A stretch of DNA of 64,000 nt from a virus. Taxonomy: Duplodnaviria; Heunggongvirae; Uroviricota; Caudoviricetes. Made by a program: the position numbers and the translations under genes. The DNA lies in the IMG/VR virus record IMGVR_UViG_3300010882_000009; one strand, written 5' to 3'. The notes under the pieces were generated by a model. The model worked only from the letters and a program-made list of their open reading frames with translations, searched no databases and was not told where the DNA came from. The stretch's first letter is position 1; every line of letters begins with the position of its first letter. This document shows, piece by piece, positions 18,083-27,281 of this stretch.

Positions 18083-18236
18083 GTCAAAGTGCAGGTGTTC
18101 TTGGATTTACGGCTGGTGATTTACGTAGAATGTATAATGGAGTAGTTCAAGATTGGACAACAAGTTTAGACTTGGATACTCCATTTGAACAAATACCTGA
18201 TGACGAACATATATGGTTATAAAAATTGATAGTTTT

Positions 18237-18261
18237 AATAGAACTGTAGTTCTATTAAGAT
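18237..18261 (+). promoter_or_regulatory. motif copy
   Basis: AATAGAA-ctgtag-TTCTATT-AAGAT. Confidence 0.6.
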
Positions 18262-18280
18262 ATAGATTGGAGATTAAATT

Positions 18281-18658
18281 ATGACTTTATTTGAATTAAA
18301 CAAAATAGAAAACGATTTATATATGCGATATAATAATAACATTCCAGAAGCTTGTGAAGAATTAAATAATATACAAAGGCAAAAAATAAATGCTGTACTT
18401 GAAAAATATGGCACAGCATATATTGGCAACACTAATTACTATGGAGATGAACGTAAAAAATTAACTGCTGATAAAATATTTAAAGAATATAATGGGCAAC
18501 ATATTTACAATTTTGCTGCATCAATTGTTATTCCAAAAAAAGATGATAAATTAGAAGAATTAATTTTAAATTTCAATAAAACTTCTTCTCCTAGCATTCT
18601 TGATATTATATGGAATAGAGTTATCGCACTTGGCGGAGCTAATTTGATATGGAGTTGA
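18281..18658 (+). CDS. hypothetical protein
   Basis: RBS ttggagatt. Confidence 0.55.
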   Translation: MTLFELNKIENDLYMRYNNNIPEACEELNNIQRQKINAVLEKYGTAYIGNTNYYGDERKKLTADKIFKEYNGQHIYNFAASIVIPKKDDKLEELILNFNKTSSPSILDIIWNRVIALGGANLIWS

Positions 18659-18749
18659 TTTAAAAACACTTTATTGCTTGCATATAAAAAATAGATGTGA
18701 TATTATTATACTATTGAATTAAAAAATTATACGAACGGATGGTATTAAT

Positions 18750-19208
18750 ATGAATATGTCAGAAGATAATTTTGCAAATAGCATTATGGAGTTTTTAAAT
18801 AGCAAAGAACTAAAACAATACACTGTAAATGGAAATACATTTTATAACAAAACAGATGCTATAAACACTTTATTAGAATTGATTACTAGCCAAGATGATG
18901 ATGGAGATATTGTAAACGGCAAATTAAATATTGATAATGCAAATAAATTTAAAAGAGCCTGTGATATTGCATATAAATTATGCAATAATGTTGGAAGTAT
19001 AAGTATAGACTTTAATGATAAAAATAGTATTGCAATGTGTTGGATAAACTGCGCAGAGGTTATGGTTGATAAACATGATTGTAAATATAGTAATATATTA
19101 TCTGAATTTGATAGTCTAATAAGCTTTCTAGCAATCACAAAGGGGAGTGCTGCTTATCCTCATGATACTCAAGTTGTATTCTCGGTAAGCGATGTATTCT
19201 ATGAGTAA
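18750..19208 (+). CDS. hypothetical protein
   Basis: RBS acggatgg. Confidence 0.55.
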   Translation: MNMSEDNFANSIMEFLNSKELKQYTVNGNTFYNKTDAINTLLELITSQDDDGDIVNGKLNIDNANKFKRACDIAYKLCNNVGSISIDFNDKNSIAMCWINCAEVMVDKHDCKYSNILSEFDSLISFLAITKGSAAYPHDTQVVFSVSDVFYE

Positions 19209-19237
19209 TATTAAATAAAATAAGGGCGGAATTTATT

Positions 19238-19450
19238 GTGGTTATTCATAAGAAGTATAATTGTATTGTAACTTCAACTGAAAGTGCTATTAATAAAATA
19301 AAAAGTATTGGAATAAATGCTTCTATAGTAACAAAAGACAAAAGAACGGGTAAGTATTTACATATGTATAGAAATAGCGATTTTACACTAGAACAACGTA
19401 TTGTAATTAATAAAATAATATTAACATGTACATCTAACAAAGCAGCATAA
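19238..19450 (+). CDS. hypothetical protein (GTG start)
   Basis: RBS aagggcgg. Confidence 0.4.
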   Translation: MVIHKKYNCIVTSTESAINKIKSIGINASIVTKDKRTGKYLHMYRNSDFTLEQRIVINKIILTCTSNKAA

Positions 19451-19486
19451 TAATATTTGTATAATAAAAAAATGTAAGGAGCATAT

Positions 19487-19717
19487 ATGTTTAAATCATA
19501 TTACAAAGCTACCTTACATATGAAGAGCGGAAATACTTTAGAATACTTTATATTATCAGATAAAAAAAATACGGCTGATATATATGAAGAAGTAATGTTT
19601 CAAGAAGGTACAAATGATTTTGTTAAAGTTGCTGAATTCTATACAAAGCCAAATAGATTAACTGGGATTTCATATGTTAGCCCTATAGATATTGAATCTA
19701 TTGATATTAATTATTGA
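19487..19717 (+). CDS. hypothetical protein
   Basis: RBS taaggagc. Confidence 0.55.
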   Translation: MFKSYYKATLHMKSGNTLEYFILSDKKNTADIYEEVMFQEGTNDFVKVAEFYTKPNRLTGISYVSPIDIESIDINY

Positions 19718-19766
19718 TAAAGAAATTATATTATAATATAAAAATTTAAAAAGGATGGTGCTTATA

Positions 19767-20441
19767 ATGAATAAATTAAATTTAGCAATGGTTTCAGGTA
19801 ATAATAGCAGTATTTTTTATGGTGTTTGTGGAGAAGAGGCTTTTATAGACAGCCATGGAGATATGTTATACACTGGAGATTTAGTCAGATTATTTTATGA
19901 TGAAGACGGAACGAATTATGGCTTGCGCGCTGTTTGCAAATACGAAAATAAATTCATTGTTATGGGGCTTGCTGAATTGGGAGCTGACTATCATGAAGTT
20001 TGGAGTGTTTATAAAGAGAAGTCCTATAAGAGTATGAAGATTGGCGATTCTGATTCTGCAGGAACTATGTATATAAGTTCAGAAGATGTAGTGAGCAACA
20101 AAGAAACTAAATCTAATAGGTCTATAAATATAGAAACAGATGAAAGTATTAATCCAACAACCGTATTGTTAACATGTAAAAAAACAGGTGTAGAAGAGTT
20201 AAGAAAGGCTGTTGTAGTTGATGATATGATTGTATTATTTAACTATGCAGATTTAAATTTTAATAGTCTAGTTGGCGATATACTTCCATTTACAGTAAAG
20301 GAAATTACAAAAGAAGAACAAGATGATTTTATGCATAAGTTAACTATGAATACAATAAACAAATTAATTGAAGAATATAATAAAAATAGCGATGATAATA
20401 TATTTTATGAATTTGATAGGTTTAAATTTCATAAAAGTTAA
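19767..20441 (+). CDS. hypothetical protein
   Basis: RBS aaaaggatggtg. Confidence 0.55.
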   Translation: MNKLNLAMVSGNNSSIFYGVCGEEAFIDSHGDMLYTGDLVRLFYDEDGTNYGLRAVCKYENKFIVMGLAELGADYHEVWSVYKEKSYKSMKIGDSDSAGTMYISSEDVVSNKETKSNRSINIETDESINPTTVLLTCKKTGVEELRKAVVVDDMIVLFNYADLNFNSLVGDILPFTVKEITKEEQDDFMHKLTMNTINKLIEEYNKNSDDNIFYEFDRFKFHKS

Positions 20442-20468
20442 AAATAAAATATATAATAGGTGATAAAA

Positions 20469-20768
20469 ATGATAATTACCAAACATGCAGCGCAAAGAAC
20501 AAAGGAGCGTTGTGGCATTCCTAAAAAATCTGCTGAAAGGATAGCAATGATAGCTTTTGAGAATGGAATTTCTCATAAAGAGTGTAATGGAAAACTAAGA
20601 AGATATATTGACAAAATATTCTTAACATATAATAAGGGTGCTAATATAAGAATATATAATAATCATATATACATATTTACAACAAATGGAACTCTTATAA
20701 CTGTTCTTACATTGCCAAGTGAGTTTAGTGGGACAGTCAATAAGCTAATGAAAAAAAAGAGATGTTAA
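20469..20768 (+). CDS. hypothetical protein
   Basis: RBS ataggtga. Confidence 0.5.
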   Translation: MIITKHAAQRTKERCGIPKKSAERIAMIAFENGISHKECNGKLRRYIDKIFLTYNKGANIRIYNNHIYIFTTNGTLITVLTLPSEFSGTVNKLMKKKRC

Positions 20769-20795
20769 TATAGATTTTTAAATTAGTTATGTTTA

Positions 20796-20820
20796 CATCA
20801 AATATGTCTTCTATTAAAAC
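20796..20820 (+). promoter_or_regulatory. motif copy (variant left half)
   Basis: cATCAAA-tatgtc-TTCTATT-AAAAC. Confidence 0.5.
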
Positions 20821-20839
20821 ATTGAAAGGATAAACAAAT

Positions 20840-21172
20840 ATGTATTATAATGAAACAAAAGTTAGACAAATATCTATTTCTGAACTTGCCTATAAAATTG
20901 CAGCAATAAGTTCATATGACGTTACTATTGATTTTTGGGAAGATATTGATTTTGCAGGACGTGGTATAAATGTTTATTCGGCTAAATTTATTCATGAATT
21001 TGATTCAGATATGCTTATAATTAATATATGGGGCGGCGGCTCATCAACAGTTATTGACTTTTCGCCGGGAGAAACATGCGATGATGAAATTATCAGATTA
21101 ATTGATTGTTTAAATAAATATGCTGATTATATTGGTACTGAATGTTTTTATATTCCTGTTAATGAACTCTAA
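20840..21172 (+). CDS. hypothetical protein
   Basis: RBS gaaaggata. Confidence 0.55.
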   Translation: MYYNETKVRQISISELAYKIAAISSYDVTIDFWEDIDFAGRGINVYSAKFIHEFDSDMLIINIWGGGSSTVIDFSPGETCDDEIIRLIDCLNKYADYIGTECFYIPVNEL

Positions 21173-21217
21173 GTTTGAATAAAATAAACATTCTATAGGA
21201 ATTGGGTGATGTGATAT

Positions 21218-21997
21218 ATGATTAAAGTTAAACGAGATACTACTGCTGATCTGTTCAATGAAGTATTAAGTCTTGTAAAGAATAATGGGCATTATAAAAA
21301 AGCAAGAGATATTATTGAATATGAAACAAGTTATAAGCCTCCAATTGAATTATCAAATTATGAATTTGATTTTAATGCCGTTGTAAATTTTGGTACAAAT
21401 GAAGGGGTATATATTAACGTATTTTTATCTGGTAACTATCTTGAATCAGACAACAACCCAAGAAAAATATATGATATTGGAACATTTTTAACTCTAAGAT
21501 CTGATTTAGAAGCAATGCAAATTATGGGAGAGCTTTGTGGTTCATTAACTTATTATGCTAGTAAATATATTAATGAAAATATTGATAGATATACACCAAC
21601 AAAAGAATTTGAATTGGAAATAAGAAAGAAAAATGCTAGTGATGCACGTAATCAATATATTTCTTCATTGTCTAAAATTAAAGCAAAAGATGAAGATTGT
21701 GGCGAATGCAAAATATGCTACTATAATTTATGCCATGGAAAACAGTATGGTTGTAATGCTGGAATTAATAGGTTTATAATGAAAGAAGTTGACAGCTATT
21801 TAAATAGATTTGATAGTGATAATAATTATTTTTGTATATTAGATAATTCGTACAATAAGAATTGCGATACATTTTCACATTATGTTACTATTCTAACTGG
21901 GCATGACTACTGTGACTTAGATATTTATAAGTCTATAGCTTATGTTTATATTTGGTTATGTACGAGAAAACAAGATTTTGAACATTTAAAACTCTAA
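21218..21997 (+). CDS. hypothetical Cys-rich protein; C-terminus formed by a duplicated segment
   Basis: RBS ttgggtgatg; contains repeat copy 1 and ends inside copy 2. Confidence 0.55.
   Translation: MIKVKRDTTADLFNEVLSLVKNNGHYKKARDIIEYETSYKPPIELSNYEFDFNAVVNFGTNEGVYINVFLSGNYLESDNNPRKIYDIGTFLTLRSDLEAMQIMGELCGSLTYYASKYINENIDRYTPTKEFELEIRKKNASDARNQYISSLSKIKAKDEDCGECKICYYNLCHGKQYGCNAGINRFIMKEVDSYLNRFDSDNNYFCILDNSYNKNCDTFSHYVTILTGHDYCDLDIYKSIAYVYIWLCTRKQDFEHLKL
21481..21600 (+). repeat. direct repeat copy 1 (about 120 bp, about 88% identical to 21981-22100)
   Basis: aacatttttaactctaagatctgatttagaagcaatgcaaattatggg... Confidence 0.85.
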
Positions 21998-22100
21998 GAT
22001 CTGATTTAGAAACAATGCAAATTATTGGTGAACTTTGTGGCTCATTAACATATTATGCTTATCAATATGTTAATGCAAATATTGATAGATATAAACCAAA
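21981..22100 (+). repeat. direct repeat copy 2; encodes start-less paralogous peptide in another frame
   Basis: translates TFKTLRSDLETMQIIGELCGSLTYYAYQYVNANIDRYKPNLI after a TGA. Confidence 0.85.
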
Positions 22101-22126
22101 TTTAATATAGAAACGAGGTGTCGTAA

Positions 22127-22360
22127 GTGAATTATATTCAAGAGTTAATGGACTCAAAGAATATTAATACAGAAGAAAGGTTTATGCTTATTGATAAAAA
22201 AGATGGATATATTTTTGACAAACTCTATTATTTTAATGAAGATTATATATTAATAATTGATCATAGCAAAGATGGATTGTTTATAGGAATTGAAAGTATT
22301 GCAAGTATTGAAATTTACAGCCAGTTAATGTCTGGAATGCTTGAAGTGAAAACAATATAG
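22127..22360 (+). CDS. hypothetical protein (GTG start)
   Basis: RBS aacgaggtg. Confidence 0.45.
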   Translation: MNYIQELMDSKNINTEERFMLIDKKDGYIFDKLYYFNEDYILIIDHSKDGLFIGIESIASIEIYSQLMSGMLEVKTI

Positions 22361-22374
22361 ATAAAAAATATTTT

Positions 22375-22394
22375 AATAGAATCAACGATTGATG
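22375..22394 (+). promoter_or_regulatory. motif copy (variant right half)
   Basis: AATAGAA-tcaacg-ATTGATG. Confidence 0.4.
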
Positions 22395-22420
22395 CAAAGT
22401 AAAAAAGGAGGCGATGAAAA

Positions 22421-22774
22421 TTGTACAATAAGAACAATCCCAATTTTTGGGATATCGAAAACGAATATGATGCAACTCATTATTTACATTCCATGATTGC
22501 CAACATATCAAGTATTGATGACAACAGTGAAAGAAACAAGTTATTTACAATATACAACTCACGAAAATACGAGCTGAGAGAGAGGGGGATGTATCCAGCG
22601 GAAACAGTAGAAGAACAGCTAACAGAGATAAGCGTCAGTCAAGTTGAATTTGACGTGGTTGAGCGAGTAGTAGACGACTACTGTATCCATTGTCCATACC
22701 TATTCCCGGATGAAGATGACCCGTGCAATGGCTGTCACGTAAGAGGTATTATCGACTCGATGAAAGTTAGATAG
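22421..22774 (+). CDS. hypothetical protein with C-terminal Cys cluster (TTG start), GC-richer
   Basis: RBS aaaaggaggcg; CIHCP..CNGCH. Confidence 0.45.
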   Translation: MYNKNNPNFWDIENEYDATHYLHSMIANISSIDDNSERNKLFTIYNSRKYELRERGMYPAETVEEQLTEISVSQVEFDVVERVVDDYCIHCPYLFPDEDDPCNGCHVRGIIDSMKVR

Positions 22775-22779
22775 GTTTG

Positions 22780-22804
22780 AATCAAACCAACATTCTATTA
22801 AAAT
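22780..22804 (+). promoter_or_regulatory. motif copy (left AATCAAA)
   Basis: AATCAAA-ccaaca-TTCTATT-AAAAT. Confidence 0.6.
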
Positions 22805-22836
22805 AAAATTATGATTTATAAGGAGATATAAATAAA

Positions 22837-24093
22837 ATGAAAAATAATACATATAGAATTACCAATAATGATATAAAAGGAATGGAAGTACTCGAAATTA
22901 GCTATAAAATATTCAATAATGATTGGACTACTCAATATGGGAACTATTGCTATGTAGATGAAAATGGTAATGTAGAAGGCTCTATTCATAAAGTTGATGG
23001 CGATATTAATGCTTGTAACTGGGGCCTACATTCAAGTAAAAACCCATTAGATTGCTTAAAATTCTATCCAATGGTTCAGTGGAATAAATATGCAATTGTA
23101 AAATCTTATGGCAAAGCAAAAGAACATTCAGATGGAGATAAAATAGTTTCGCAAATATTGAAAATTGATAAAGTTTTATCATGGAGCGAATTCCTTAACG
23201 AAATAAAAAATTATAATAATGGTAATACCGATATGCATGGCTCTGGCATTAGTGATGGCTCTGGCATTAGTGATGGCTATGGCATTAGGAATGGCTATGG
23301 CATTAGGAATGGCTATGGTATTAGGAATGGCTCTGGCATTAGGAATGGCTATGGTATTAGTGATGGCTATGGCATTAGGAATGGCTATGGTATTAGTGAT
23401 GGCTATGGCATTAGGAATGGCTATGGTATTAGTTATGGCTATGGCATTAGTGATGGCTATGGCATTAGGAATGGCTCTGGCATTAGTGATGGCTCTGGCA
23501 TTATGAATAGCTCTGGCATTAGGAATGGCTATGGCATTAGTGATGGCTATGGCATTAGTGATGGCTATGGTATTAGTTATGGCTATGGCATTAGTGATGG
23601 CTATGGCATTAGTTATGGCTATGGCATTAGTGATGGCTATGGCATTAGGAATGGCTCTGGCATTAGTGATGGCTATGGCATTAGGAATGGCTCTGGCATT
23701 AGTGATGGCTATGGCATTAATTATGGCTATGGCATAAACAATTCAAAATACTGTTATAAATGCGAAGGTATATCAAGATGTATAATGTGTTATGATTTTA
23801 CGGGGAAGTTATCTGTGTTTAATAAGCCTATAACAGAAACACGGTTTAATGAAATAAATAATACAATAGAAGAATTATCGGATGGCTGGTATCCTAAGTT
23901 TAATAATGCTTTTGATTTATATAGTCAAAACAATAGCAAATGGGAATCAACACCAGTAACGATGATAAAAGAAAAATCAATAAAAGAAGCATATACAGAT
24001 ATGCCGAAAGAATTAATTGAGTATATCAAGTCTATTAATGAATATGATGAAAATATATTTAATATAATTATTGGATTAAAGGATGGGGAATAA
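22837..24093 (+). CDS. tandem hexapeptide-repeat protein, 28 x G[YS]GI[SR][DN]
   Basis: period-6 aa, aliphatic every 6th residue; N-terminus resembles that of 5779-6360; RBS taaggaga. Confidence 0.6.
   Translation: MKNNTYRITNNDIKGMEVLEISYKIFNNDWTTQYGNYCYVDENGNVEGSIHKVDGDINACNWGLHSSKNPLDCLKFYPMVQWNKYAIVKSYGKAKEHSDGDKIVSQILKIDKVLSWSEFLNEIKNYNNGNTDMHGSGISDGSGISDGYGIRNGYGIRNGYGIRNGSGIRNGYGISDGYGIRNGYGISDGYGIRNGYGISYGYGISDGYGIRNGSGISDGSGIMNSSGIRNGYGISDGYGISDGYGISYGYGISDGYGISYGYGISDGYGIRNGSGISDGYGIRNGSGISDGYGINYGYGINNSKYCYKCEGISRCIMCYDFTGKLSVFNKPITETRFNEINNTIEELSDGWYPKFNNAFDLYSQNNSKWESTPVTMIKEKSIKEAYTDMPKELIEYIKSINEYDENIFNIIIGLKDGE
23239..23742. repeat. 28 tandem 18-bp units ggctatggcattagtgat (coding)
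   Basis: units differ only at 3 codon positions (tat/tct, agt/agg, gat/aat). Confidence 0.9.
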
Positions 24094-24566
24094 TGTTAAA
24101 AATTATTGATGGCGATATTTTTGAATCTAATGCAGATATAATAGCTCATCAGGTAAATTGTCAAGGGGTAATGGGCGGTGGTATCGCGCTTCAAGTAAAA
24201 AGAAAATATCCAAATGTATTTAAGGAATATAATAAATATTGCAACAGATATAAAGGCGTTTCGTTTAATTTGTTAGGTAATATATATACTGTAGGCATAC
24301 AATCTCAATATCCTGATTTGCCAAGACGAAGATATATATGCAATTTATTTGGACAAGATGAATTTGGTGGCAATAGATGTCACACAGATTATGATGCGTT
24401 AAGGTTATGTTTAAAGAAATTAAATATTATAGCAATAGGAAATACTGTAGCAATACCATATATGATGAGTTGTGCATTAGCAGGTGGCGATTGGGATATC
24501 GTATCAAAAATGATTGAAGAAACACTTACTGATTGTGATATAACATTATATAGATATAGCGTTTAA
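24093..24566 (+). CDS. macro domain protein, TARG1/OARD1/DarG-like ADP-ribose hydrolase fold
   Basis: GDIF..ADIIAHQVNCQGVMGGGIALQVKRKYP and ..GGDWDIVSKMIEE..DCDITLY match TARG1 architecture; ATG overlaps upstream stop (taATG). Confidence 0.7.
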   Translation: MLKIIDGDIFESNADIIAHQVNCQGVMGGGIALQVKRKYPNVFKEYNKYCNRYKGVSFNLLGNIYTVGIQSQYPDLPRRRYICNLFGQDEFGGNRCHTDYDALRLCLKKLNIIAIGNTVAIPYMMSCALAGGDWDIVSKMIEETLTDCDITLYRYSV

Positions 24567-24571
24567 CTTTG

Positions 24572-24596
24572 AATAGAAGTACGATTCTATTAAAAT
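24572..24596 (+). promoter_or_regulatory. motif copy
   Basis: AATAGAA-gtacga-TTCTATT-AAAAT. Confidence 0.65.
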
Positions 24597-24621
24597 TTTA
24601 TTGAGGTGTGGATGGTTAAAT

Positions 24622-25107
24622 ATGAACAATATATTATTTGATGCTGATTCTAATAATATAGTATTATGCAATGAGTGCAATTATGAGTTTAAATACGTAA
24701 ACTTGAAATGTTATGGATATGATTGGTATGCGGTATGTCCAATATGTGAATGTTATATAGATGTTAAAGTTGATGATATATATAATGATTATCTACATGG
24801 ACGTTGCGATGAATATGCATTAAAAAAATATCAAGATGGCGATATATTTATCATTGTAACTGAATATGATGAAGATATTAATCGTATTTGTTTGATGCAT
24901 TGTTTCTTAAAGAGAGAAGATAAATATATTGATGCAAGAGGAATATTAAATACTATTAATGATGTATTAGATGAATTTAATATAAATGATGATGATATTA
25001 ATCGCTATGATGAATATGATATTTATAAGTGTGATAGTATAAATGAATTTAAAAAGTTATACAAATATTTAGGATGGAAACATTTAAAATTTAATAAAAT
25101 ATTATAG
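24622..25107 (+). CDS. hypothetical Cys-rich protein
   Basis: RBS tgaggtgtgg; CNEC..CPICEC. Confidence 0.5.
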   Translation: MNNILFDADSNNIVLCNECNYEFKYVNLKCYGYDWYAVCPICECYIDVKVDDIYNDYLHGRCDEYALKKYQDGDIFIIVTEYDEDINRICLMHCFLKREDKYIDARGILNTINDVLDEFNINDDDINRYDEYDIYKCDSINEFKKLYKYLGWKHLKFNKIL

Positions 25108-25126
25108 TATATTGGAGGAATTTAAT

Positions 25127-25354
25127 ATGAAACTATTTAGTGTTAATGTTCAATGGGGAGACGATACAGGAGATACAATTCATACTTTGATTGCCGAATG
25201 CAATTCATGGCATAATTTGCCTATAGGATATTCAGATGAACAGATATTCTTCTATGGTATGAATGAAAATAATGTGCGAAATGCCGTAGCCAGTGGAGAA
25301 TTATATGAGGATGAATGGAGAATATTAGAACTTTATGAAGTAATTGAATATTAA
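25127..25354 (+). CDS. hypothetical protein
   Basis: RBS ttggagga. Confidence 0.5.
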   Translation: MKLFSVNVQWGDDTGDTIHTLIAECNSWHNLPIGYSDEQIFFYGMNENNVRNAVASGELYEDEWRILELYEVIEY

Positions 25355-25380
25355 TAAGCAAATAATAGGAGCTGATAATT

Positions 25381-25518
25381 ATGCCTAGTTTTTTGAAGTG
25401 GTTATTAGTAGCGTTATTAATTGAGCCATTAACACTACTTTTTCTTTGGAATGTGATTATTGTTGCTATGTTTGACACATCAAAACAACATTTGGTGAAT
25501 GGTTTTGGATTTCTGTAG
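25381..25518 (+). CDS. possible 45-aa membrane peptide
   Basis: RBS taggagctg; hydrophobic. Confidence 0.35.
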   Translation: MPSFLKWLLVALLIEPLTLLFLWNVIIVAMFDTSKQHLVNGFGFL

Positions 25519-25560
25519 TAGTTAATTCTATATATATAATTGTAAACGGAGCAGAATTTA

Positions 25561-25585
25561 AATAGAAAATACATTTTATTAAAAA
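25561..25585 (+). promoter_or_regulatory. motif copy
   Basis: AATAGAA-aataca-TTTTATT-AAAAA. Confidence 0.55.
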
Positions 25586-25604
25586 ATATTAGGAGGCAAC
25601 GAAT

Positions 25605-25859
25605 ATGACTGAAACAGAATATGCTAAAGAAACAAGTCGTGAAAAAATTATTGAACGCATGAAAGGTATAAATAAAGAATTGCTCGAAATTTTAGTAGAC
25701 ATTGCATTTGAAAATATTGATGGAAAACAGTTTGACTATGTAAATAGTTATCAACTAGCAGACGCTACAACAAGCATACATAATATTATATTAAATATTA
25801 ATCATATTGTATTTCAATGCGAAGATGATGACAACGAATATGATAGTAAGTTTGAATAG
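25605..25859 (+). CDS. hypothetical protein
   Basis: RBS taggaggc. Confidence 0.55.
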   Translation: MTETEYAKETSREKIIERMKGINKELLEILVDIAFENIDGKQFDYVNSYQLADATTSIHNIILNINHIVFQCEDDDNEYDSKFE

Positions 25860-25879
25860 AAAGTATATTCTATTAAAAT
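25855..25879 (+). promoter_or_regulatory. motif copy
   Basis: AATAGAA-agtata-TTCTATT-AAAAT; overlaps upstream stop. Confidence 0.65.
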
Positions 25880-25892
25880 TTGGAGGGACAAT

Positions 25893-26132
25893 ATGAATAA
25901 AAAAGCATGGCGCAAACTTATAAAGGATTACACAAATAAAGACAACTGCGACTTCATGAAAAAGCATAAACTCACAATACATAATATGAATGTTTTTTGT
26001 ATGTGTGCCAACGAATATGAAAAAGCAGGATCAACAAGAACATGCATAAGCGATGTAGCTAAACTGTTTGAATATTTTGGGTTTGATGTTGCGTTTGAAG
26101 ATGGGAATAGAATCAATTATGCAATAACATAA
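25893..26132 (+). CDS. hypothetical protein
   Basis: RBS ttggaggga. Confidence 0.55.
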   Translation: MNKKAWRKLIKDYTNKDNCDFMKKHKLTIHNMNVFCMCANEYEKAGSTRTCISDVAKLFEYFGFDVAFEDGNRINYAIT

Positions 26133-26142
26133 CCTATATTTG

Positions 26143-26162
26143 AATAGAAATTACAATTGATG
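26143..26162 (+). promoter_or_regulatory. motif copy (variant right half)
   Basis: AATAGAA-attaca-ATTGATG. Confidence 0.4.
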
Positions 26163-26172
26163 GGGTGTATAT

Positions 26173-26598
26173 ATGAACGATTTTTTAAGTAATTCTGACG
26201 ATATGACAAACAATACAGCAAGTCAACTCATTGGATTAGAAATCTCAGAAGCGATAGACAAGCTCGGAAATAAGTGGACTTGCCTTGAAAAAAGTAGTTC
26301 GCAATGTACACTTGTAAGGGCTGGTGTTGGCTTGATAATGCTTATTATGAATGGAAATAGCATTGTTGTTCAAACGCCGACAAGCAATATTTTGACAGAT
26401 GAGCAATGCTTCGAATGCATAAGTAATATAGTTTTTAATAAACTTTTAGACAATGAAGGTACTGCGGACTACTCAATACATGATGCGATTTATGATGTAT
26501 CTACAGAATATAACTTTGATATTCCTGCTGATGATGGAAAGTATATCACTCTTGTTGATAATTTGCTGAGAAGCATTGAATTCCGTCTAGGTGATTGA
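26173..26598 (+). CDS. hypothetical protein
   Basis: RBS tggggtg. Confidence 0.55.
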   Translation: MNDFLSNSDDMTNNTASQLIGLEISEAIDKLGNKWTCLEKSSSQCTLVRAGVGLIMLIMNGNSIVVQTPTSNILTDEQCFECISNIVFNKLLDNEGTADYSIHDAIYDVSTEYNFDIPADDGKYITLVDNLLRSIEFRLGD

Positions 26599-26603
26599 GT
26601 TTG

Positions 26604-26628
26604 AATCAAAGCTGTCTTCTATTAAAAT
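26604..26628 (+). promoter_or_regulatory. motif copy (left AATCAAA)
   Basis: AATCAAA-gctgtc-TTCTATT-AAAAT. Confidence 0.6.
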
Positions 26629-26647
26629 ATTAGAAAGTTGGGATAAT

Positions 26648-27262
26648 ATGGAATATTATAGGAATGTACATTTTAGAATAGATAGTGGCTATAAGTGGGG
26701 TAGCGGTTGGCAAGGATGTTCGTCTGAATCTATAGAAGGATTTAATAAAGAAATACAACAAATATTTATAGATGCTGGATGGACAATAACACTTGCTAGA
26801 TTTTCATCATCATGTCCAAATGCTATTAAAGGAAAAAGCAAATTATACCTTCACCCGATGGAAGTAGGTGGAGCTGTTGAAATTGGGCTAATTAAAGAAG
26901 TCGAACAAATACTGTCAAATGGACAATTCTTTGTGTATCAAGAGACATATATCTATGGCGTTCTACATGATATGTCTGACGAAGAATATTATGCATATCT
27001 TGAGGCTAAGAAAAGTGATATTGAAAATGAAATTATCAATCAGTTTAAAACAAAGCGTAAAAATCTTTATATTACTGCAACATGGAAGCCACTAGAAAAT
27101 ATAAGAGAAAAATTCAGAGTTAAACGGATAGACTGTAATATTGGGCGGGCTAGTAGCGACATAGAATTGCTGTATATCAATGAATTATTTATTGCGTTAT
27201 TAGCAGATGGGAAAATTATCGAGTCTAAGACTAAAAGCGGCGTAGGATATAGAACAGCATAG
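26648..27262 (+). CDS. hypothetical protein
   Basis: RBS gaaagttggg; track start lies upstream of the motif. Confidence 0.55.
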   Translation: MEYYRNVHFRIDSGYKWGSGWQGCSSESIEGFNKEIQQIFIDAGWTITLARFSSSCPNAIKGKSKLYLHPMEVGGAVEIGLIKEVEQILSNGQFFVYQETYIYGVLHDMSDEEYYAYLEAKKSDIENEIINQFKTKRKNLYITATWKPLENIREKFRVKRIDCNIGRASSDIELLYINELFIALLADGKIIESKTKSGVGYRTA

Positions 27263-27281
27263 TATATAATGTGAGGTAAAT

